Source: an uncultured delta proteobacterium
GTDB taxonomy: Bacteria; Desulfobacterota; RBG-13-43-22
Length of the DNA stretch: 64,000 nt
Direction of reading: 5' to 3'
NCBI GenBank assembly: GCA_963790475.1
Contig: CAWBOS010000012.1
Coordinates: forward strand, 320,001-384,000
Positions 59,662-64,000 of the stretch are shown in pieces. How positions within the stretch are numbered: the stretch's first letter is position 1; each line of letters opens with the position of its first letter. The position numbers and the translations under genes were made by a program. The notes beneath the pieces are model-generated. The model ran no database searches. It was not told the origin of the DNA and saw nothing but the letters and a program-made list of their open reading frames with translations.

Positions 59662-61323
59662 ATGATTATTAAGCCTATTCCTACCCGGTATTCACTGGGC
59701 TTTCTACTGGTCCTATCCTTGATTTTGCCGATCACTTCTTTTCCGATTTTCGGCAACGCCTGGGGAGAACCCGCCAATACCACGGAAATTATTGACCTGG
59801 ACAGCGGGAAGATTTCCGGTCTGCTGGTCGGCCGAGATCCGGAAATTCGTGTCTTTAAGGGGATTCCCTATGCCGCCCCCCCTGTCGGCGACTTGCGCTG
59901 GAGACCGCCGCAGTCAGTTAAGTCCTGGAAGGGCGTTCTTGAATGCACCTCCTTCGGACCGGTCTGTCCGCAGCCGCAAGGTCGGACTCGCCTCACCCAG
60001 ATGACCTTTGACAAAATCAGTGAGGATTGTCTTTACCTGAATGTCTGGACAAAGGCCAAAGACAACCAGGCCCTTCTTCCGGTCATGGTCTGGATTCACG
60101 GGGGCGGAAACATTTCGGGCGCAGGTTCCTTACCGTATTATGACGGCGAGGCCCTGGCCCGACAGGGTGTGATCTTAGTAAGCATCAATTATCGTCTGGG
60201 CCCCTTTGGATTTTTCGCCCATCCCCTGTTGTCCAAGGAATCCGGGAAAGGGGTATCCGGAAATTACGGTCTCCTCGATCAAATCGCCGCTCTTCAGTGG
60301 GTGCAGAAAAACATTCGGGCCTTCGGGGGCAATCCGAATCGAGTGACCATTTTCGGGGAATCGGCCGGTGGATTGAATGTCTGCTGTCTGATGGCCTCTC
60401 CCTTGGCCAAAGGTTTGTTTCACCGGGCCATTGCCGAGAGCGGCCATGCCTTCGGCAAGACCCAGCACCTGAAGGAAACTTGGTATGGGCAGGAGTCCAT
60501 GGAGAAACAGGGGGAGCAGATCGCCAAAGATTTGGGGGTAGCCGGAGCGGCCGACCCTCTGGCCGCTCTCCGGTCCCTTAGTGCCGACAAGATACTGGAA
60601 GGCTCCAAACCCTCCCTGGGGATCGGGGCAGAAGCGGGGCTGGGGAATCGTTTCCGCCCGGTGACAGACGGGTGGGTGATCCCGGATGATATCAATACCA
60701 TCTTCGACCAGGGCAGGCAAAATGATGTTCCCTTAATTGCCGGGACAAATGCCAATGAAGGGATTATTTTCATGGCCAATACGCCTGTTAAAACGGTTGT
60801 GCAATATCGCTCGGCAGTCAAGGTCTTGTATGGAAAGTTCGCCGATGAAATCCTGGCCCTGTATCCGGTCAAAGAACCTTCGGAGATACGGAAGGCCTTA
60901 AGCGATGTACTCGGCGACTTTGGGTTTATCGCCGGGATCCGGCATTTTGTCCGTGCTATGGGAAACGTGAAATCCAAGGCCTATCTTTACCATTTCACGA
61001 TGAAACCTCAGGGGCCTCTGGGAGAAACCCTGGGGGCCTTTCATGGGTCTGAAATCCCCTATGTGTTTGATAATCTCGGTCGGGGAATTTTAACTCCTGA
61101 TGAAAAACGCCTTAATCTGGCAAAAATGATGAGCGGTTACTGGGTGCAATTCGCCAAAACAGGAGATCCCAATAAAGAAGGTTTGACGTCTTGGCCTGCA
61201 TACGAGGCCAAAGGGGATCAGTACCTTGAATTTGGCGAGAACGTCCATGTGGGAAATGGGCTTCGCCAGCAGGCCTGTGACCTCGTTGAGAAAATCCTGG
61301 CTGAGGAGAGGAAAAGGCGCTAA
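59662..61323 (+). CDS. Type-B carboxylesterase/lipase with signal-like N-terminus
   Basis: FKGIPYAAPPVGDLRWRPP, SEDCLYLNVW, WIHGGG, FGESAGG, AFHGSE. Confidence 0.93.
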   Translation: MIIKPIPTRYSLGFLLVLSLILPITSFPIFGNAWGEPANTTEIIDLDSGKISGLLVGRDPEIRVFKGIPYAAPPVGDLRWRPPQSVKSWKGVLECTSFGPVCPQPQGRTRLTQMTFDKISEDCLYLNVWTKAKDNQALLPVMVWIHGGGNISGAGSLPYYDGEALARQGVILVSINYRLGPFGFFAHPLLSKESGKGVSGNYGLLDQIAALQWVQKNIRAFGGNPNRVTIFGESAGGLNVCCLMASPLAKGLFHRAIAESGHAFGKTQHLKETWYGQESMEKQGEQIAKDLGVAGAADPLAALRSLSADKILEGSKPSLGIGAEAGLGNRFRPVTDGWVIPDDINTIFDQGRQNDVPLIAGTNANEGIIFMANTPVKTVVQYRSAVKVLYGKFADEILALYPVKEPSEIRKALSDVLGDFGFIAGIRHFVRAMGNVKSKAYLYHFTMKPQGPLGETLGAFHGSEIPYVFDNLGRGILTPDEKRLNLAKMMSGYWVQFAKTGDPNKEGLTSWPAYEAKGDQYLEFGENVHVGNGLRQQACDLVEKILAEERKRR

Positions 61324-61431
61324 TCGGAGGGAGAGATATTGGGAGGCCAGGCGGACTGACTTCGGGTTTTTCCTGTTTCTCTGCCTCTGGCTGCCGCAGG
61401 AAAAGTGCCGATGATCGATATTTTTTAGGAA

Positions 61432-62526
61432 TCAGAATTCTAAAATCGCGCGACCTTGGATATGTCCCGCTTCCAAGGCCGCGACCGCCTCGTTCACCTG
61501 GTCAAGGGTGAACCGAACAGTAACCAGAGCATTCAGATCGAGCAGGCCGCTTTTGTACCACTCGAGAAATAAGGGGAAGTCGCGGTCCGGGTGACAGGAA
61601 CCCCCCATACTTCCAATGTACTTTTTCTCGTTGATCATGATATCCAGGGCATCTAATTCCACTTTTGTCTGCGGCACACCGACCAAGACAGCCGTCCCCC
61701 CGGCCGACTCCCCAAATGAACCTGTCCGTGCGGCAAGGAGGATCTGTTCCATAGTTATTTTTTTCCCAATGCAGTCAAAGGCATAGTCTACGCCCATTAC
61801 CGGCCTCTTCCAGCAATCGTAGGCCCCTTCGTTCCGGGTCATCTTTTGGATCGCCTTGACCGGGTCCTCCTGAGAGGCATTCACGGTTTCAGTGGCGCCA
61901 AACTGCCGGGCAAATTCCAGCTTCTTATCATCCAGATCCACTACGATGATCGGGGAGGCTCCGACCACTTTGGCAGCAGCTATTGCCGCGAGTCCGACTC
62001 CTCCTACACCAAAGACGGCCACGCTTTCTCCTTTCCTTACACCGGCGGTATAGAGGACCGCCCCCGCTCCGGTCATCACGGCACAGGGGATCACCGCGGT
62101 TACGTCTTTGGCCGTGTCCTCAGGTACCCGGACCACGTACTGCTCATCAGCAATCGTACGGTCCGCCCAGGTAAAAACATTTTGAGATACCGCTAAAGAC
62201 CCATCAGGTAATTTTAAAGTAGCCGCCTGGGTGATCCGCGGATTGACTGCTTTGTTCCTGGGAACCCAGGTTACCATCACCGAATCGCCCTCCTTCACAT
62301 GAGAGACATTGCTCCCCTTGGCTATGACGACACCTCTTGACTCGTGGCCAAGAACAACCGGGGTGGTCCTCGGATTGTGGATCTGGTGGAGCTGGCTATG
62401 GCAAACACCACTTGAGAACTGCTTGATCACCACCTCGTGGGGACCGGGGTCAGGGAGAAGTACCTGGACAATGGAGAGAGGACCTTTGTCCTTTGGTAAT
62501 ACAGCAACGCGGGCTGGGGTTGGCAT
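61432..62526 (-). CDS. Zn-dependent alcohol dehydrogenase (MDR family)
   Basis: GVCHSQLH, LGHE, PCAVMTG, FGVGGVG. Confidence 0.9.
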   Translation of the reverse strand: MPTPARVAVLPKDKGPLSIVQVLLPDPGPHEVVIKQFSSGVCHSQLHQIHNPRTTPVVLGHESRGVVIAKGSNVSHVKEGDSVMVTWVPRNKAVNPRITQAATLKLPDGSLAVSQNVFTWADRTIADEQYVVRVPEDTAKDVTAVIPCAVMTGAGAVLYTAGVRKGESVAVFGVGGVGLAAIAAAKVVGASPIIVVDLDDKKLEFARQFGATETVNASQEDPVKAIQKMTRNEGAYDCWKRPVMGVDYAFDCIGKKITMEQILLAARTGSFGESAGGTAVLVGVPQTKVELDALDIMINEKKYIGSMGGSCHPDRDFPLFLEWYKSGLLDLNALVTVRFTLDQVNEAVAALEAGHIQGRAILEF

Positions 62527-62670
62527 GAAGAAAGGCTCCTGTCGATAAATTCTTTTTCCAATTATTTGACATATAAAAATAGACCCAATAAGTCAAGATA
62601 ATATAACTGCTTTTCTCCTTGATCTATCCATCTGGCGTGTTTTATAACACCAAAATTGAGGAAGAATACC

Positions 62671-63660
62671 ATGTTTAATAAAATATTATTCCCTACTGAT
62701 TTTTTCCGATGTGGCGGCCAGGGGAGTGGCTCTGAGTATTAAATGGTATTCTCCGGCGCTTCAGGGGCGGTGGTTTTGCCTTTGATCGCCTGGCTTATTT
62801 GTGGTAGTAGGCTGGCGATCGGCCTGTCTGATAGGGGGCCTGGTCATGGGACTCATCGGATTGCCTCTGGTCCTTCTTTGTTTTAAGTCTCACCCACCGG
62901 AGTATTATGGGCTTTTACCCGACGGGGCCAAGGTTACCGATAAAAAGACAGCGAATCACGATTTTTCCACCGCCGGAAACAAGAATGCTTCCCAAGAGGA
63001 AGATGAGATGATTCGCAAAGGCATTGAATATGCCGCCGAGGTCGACGAGATCGAATTTACCATCTGGCAGGCTTTAAAAACACCCGCCTACTGGCTTTTG
63101 GTTTGCGTCCAGGCCGTTAACGGTTTGGTGGCCCGGCTATCAACATCCACTGCATATCTTTTCTGACGGATCGGGGGATCAGTCCTATTATCGCCGCGGG
63201 CATGTTCTCCATTATGCTCATCTGCAGTATTCCGGCCCGCTTTGTCGGCGGTTTTGTAGCCGATCGCCTTAAAAAAGGGACCTTTAGATTTATAGTTGCC
63301 GGGGCCTATAGTCTTCAGGCGCTGGGCATCGGCATTTTTCTGATACACCAGACCGTCTTGACGATTTTTATCTGGTTTGTCCTTTGCGGAATTGGTCAGG
63401 GGGCCGCCATAACGCTGAACCCTTCCATGCGGGCCCGTTATTTCGGACGGAAGGCCTTCGGCACCATACAGGGGACTTCCATGATGCTCCTGACACCGGT
63501 GGGAATCGCGGCCCCCATCTATGTCGGTTGGATCTATGATAACACCGGCAGTTACCTGACGGCTTTCAGTTTGTTTACGGTATTGCTGGCAGTGGCCTCG
63601 TCGTTGCTGCTATTTGTCAAACCCCCCAACCCCCCTGCGGCATTGGAAAAAGCGGCCTAG
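62671..63660 (+). pseudogene. Disrupted locus: universal stress protein N-terminus joined to a truncated, frameshifted MFS transporter
   Basis: ATG 62671 gives MFNKILFPTDF/SDVAA (USP-like), then MFS fragments RGVALS, PLIAWL, GWR, ARYFGRKAFGTIQG and GWIYDNTGSY in several frames. Confidence 0.7.
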
Positions 63661-63700
63661 CTCCATCGCCCCGGGTGTCTATCATTCATCTGAAATCATA

Positions 63701-63727
63701 AAAAAAGAGGCCCGAGGGCCTCTTTTT
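63701..63727. terminator. Bidirectional intrinsic terminator
   Basis: AAAAAGAGGCCC-GA-GGGCCTCTTTTT between convergent genes. Confidence 0.8.
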
Positions 63728-63769
63728 GACGGATTATTAGGTTATTTTTATCCCATTCCTGTGTCCCTA

Positions 63770-64000
63770 TCAATTAGCCAGCTTTTTGGCCTTGGTCAAA
63801 AATTCATCCAGCCGTTTCCGGATAGCGATCTTGTCGTACTTGCCCACGCTGGTTTTGGGTATGTCATCATAAAAGCCGACAAAGACGGGGAGCATCCAAC
63901 GGGTTATCTTGCCTTTGGCTACGCCTTCTTCTTCTAAAAATTTCCAGACATCTTCTGCTGTAACCTGGGCACCGGGCACCAATTTAATCATGGCCATTGG
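63770..64000 (-). CDS. Fatty-acid-CoA ligase (AlkK/FadD-like), 3' end only
   Basis: WMLP...IPKTSVGKYDK adenylate-forming enzyme C-terminal Lys motif; runs off the window end. Confidence 0.8.
   Translation of the reverse strand, partial: PMAMIKLVPGAQVTAEDVWKFLEEEGVAKGKITRWMLPVFVGFYDDIPKTSVGKYDKIAIRKRLDEFLTKAKKLAN

Overview
Bacterial chromosomal segment of moderate GC (about 50% by eye). The gene content (atpZ/I/B/E-rex block, many CoA transferases, intergenic palindromic repeats) suggests an anaerobic Desulfobacterota/deltaproteobacterial-type genome; this is an inference. From left to right: trpD and a fused trpE(G) under an unannotated Trp-codon attenuator; a ThDP enzyme/Fe-S/CoA-transferase cluster; ilvC; flavin, NUDIX and methyltransferase genes; a fur-feoB-Cys-rich-DtxR/FeoA iron operon with Fur boxes; acyl-CoA metabolism genes; mscL; and an orphan molybdoenzyme. 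An AT-rich accessory island (~31.7-44.4 kb) holds three TA pairs plus an orphan HicB, a membrane TIR gene pair, attC-like spacer repeats, an IS1634 element and the best candidate for a new system: a three-gene operon encoding an RNase LS/RnlA-type HEPN nuclease, an RNase HIII and a TPR-OB protein, with no RnlB antitoxin. The right end holds AddAB-like repair genes, pdxA, uvrA, rex, F0 ATP synthase genes and catabolic genes. Several genes carry frameshifts or internal deletions, which may be assembly errors. All calls come from motif recognition by eye; no database searches were run.
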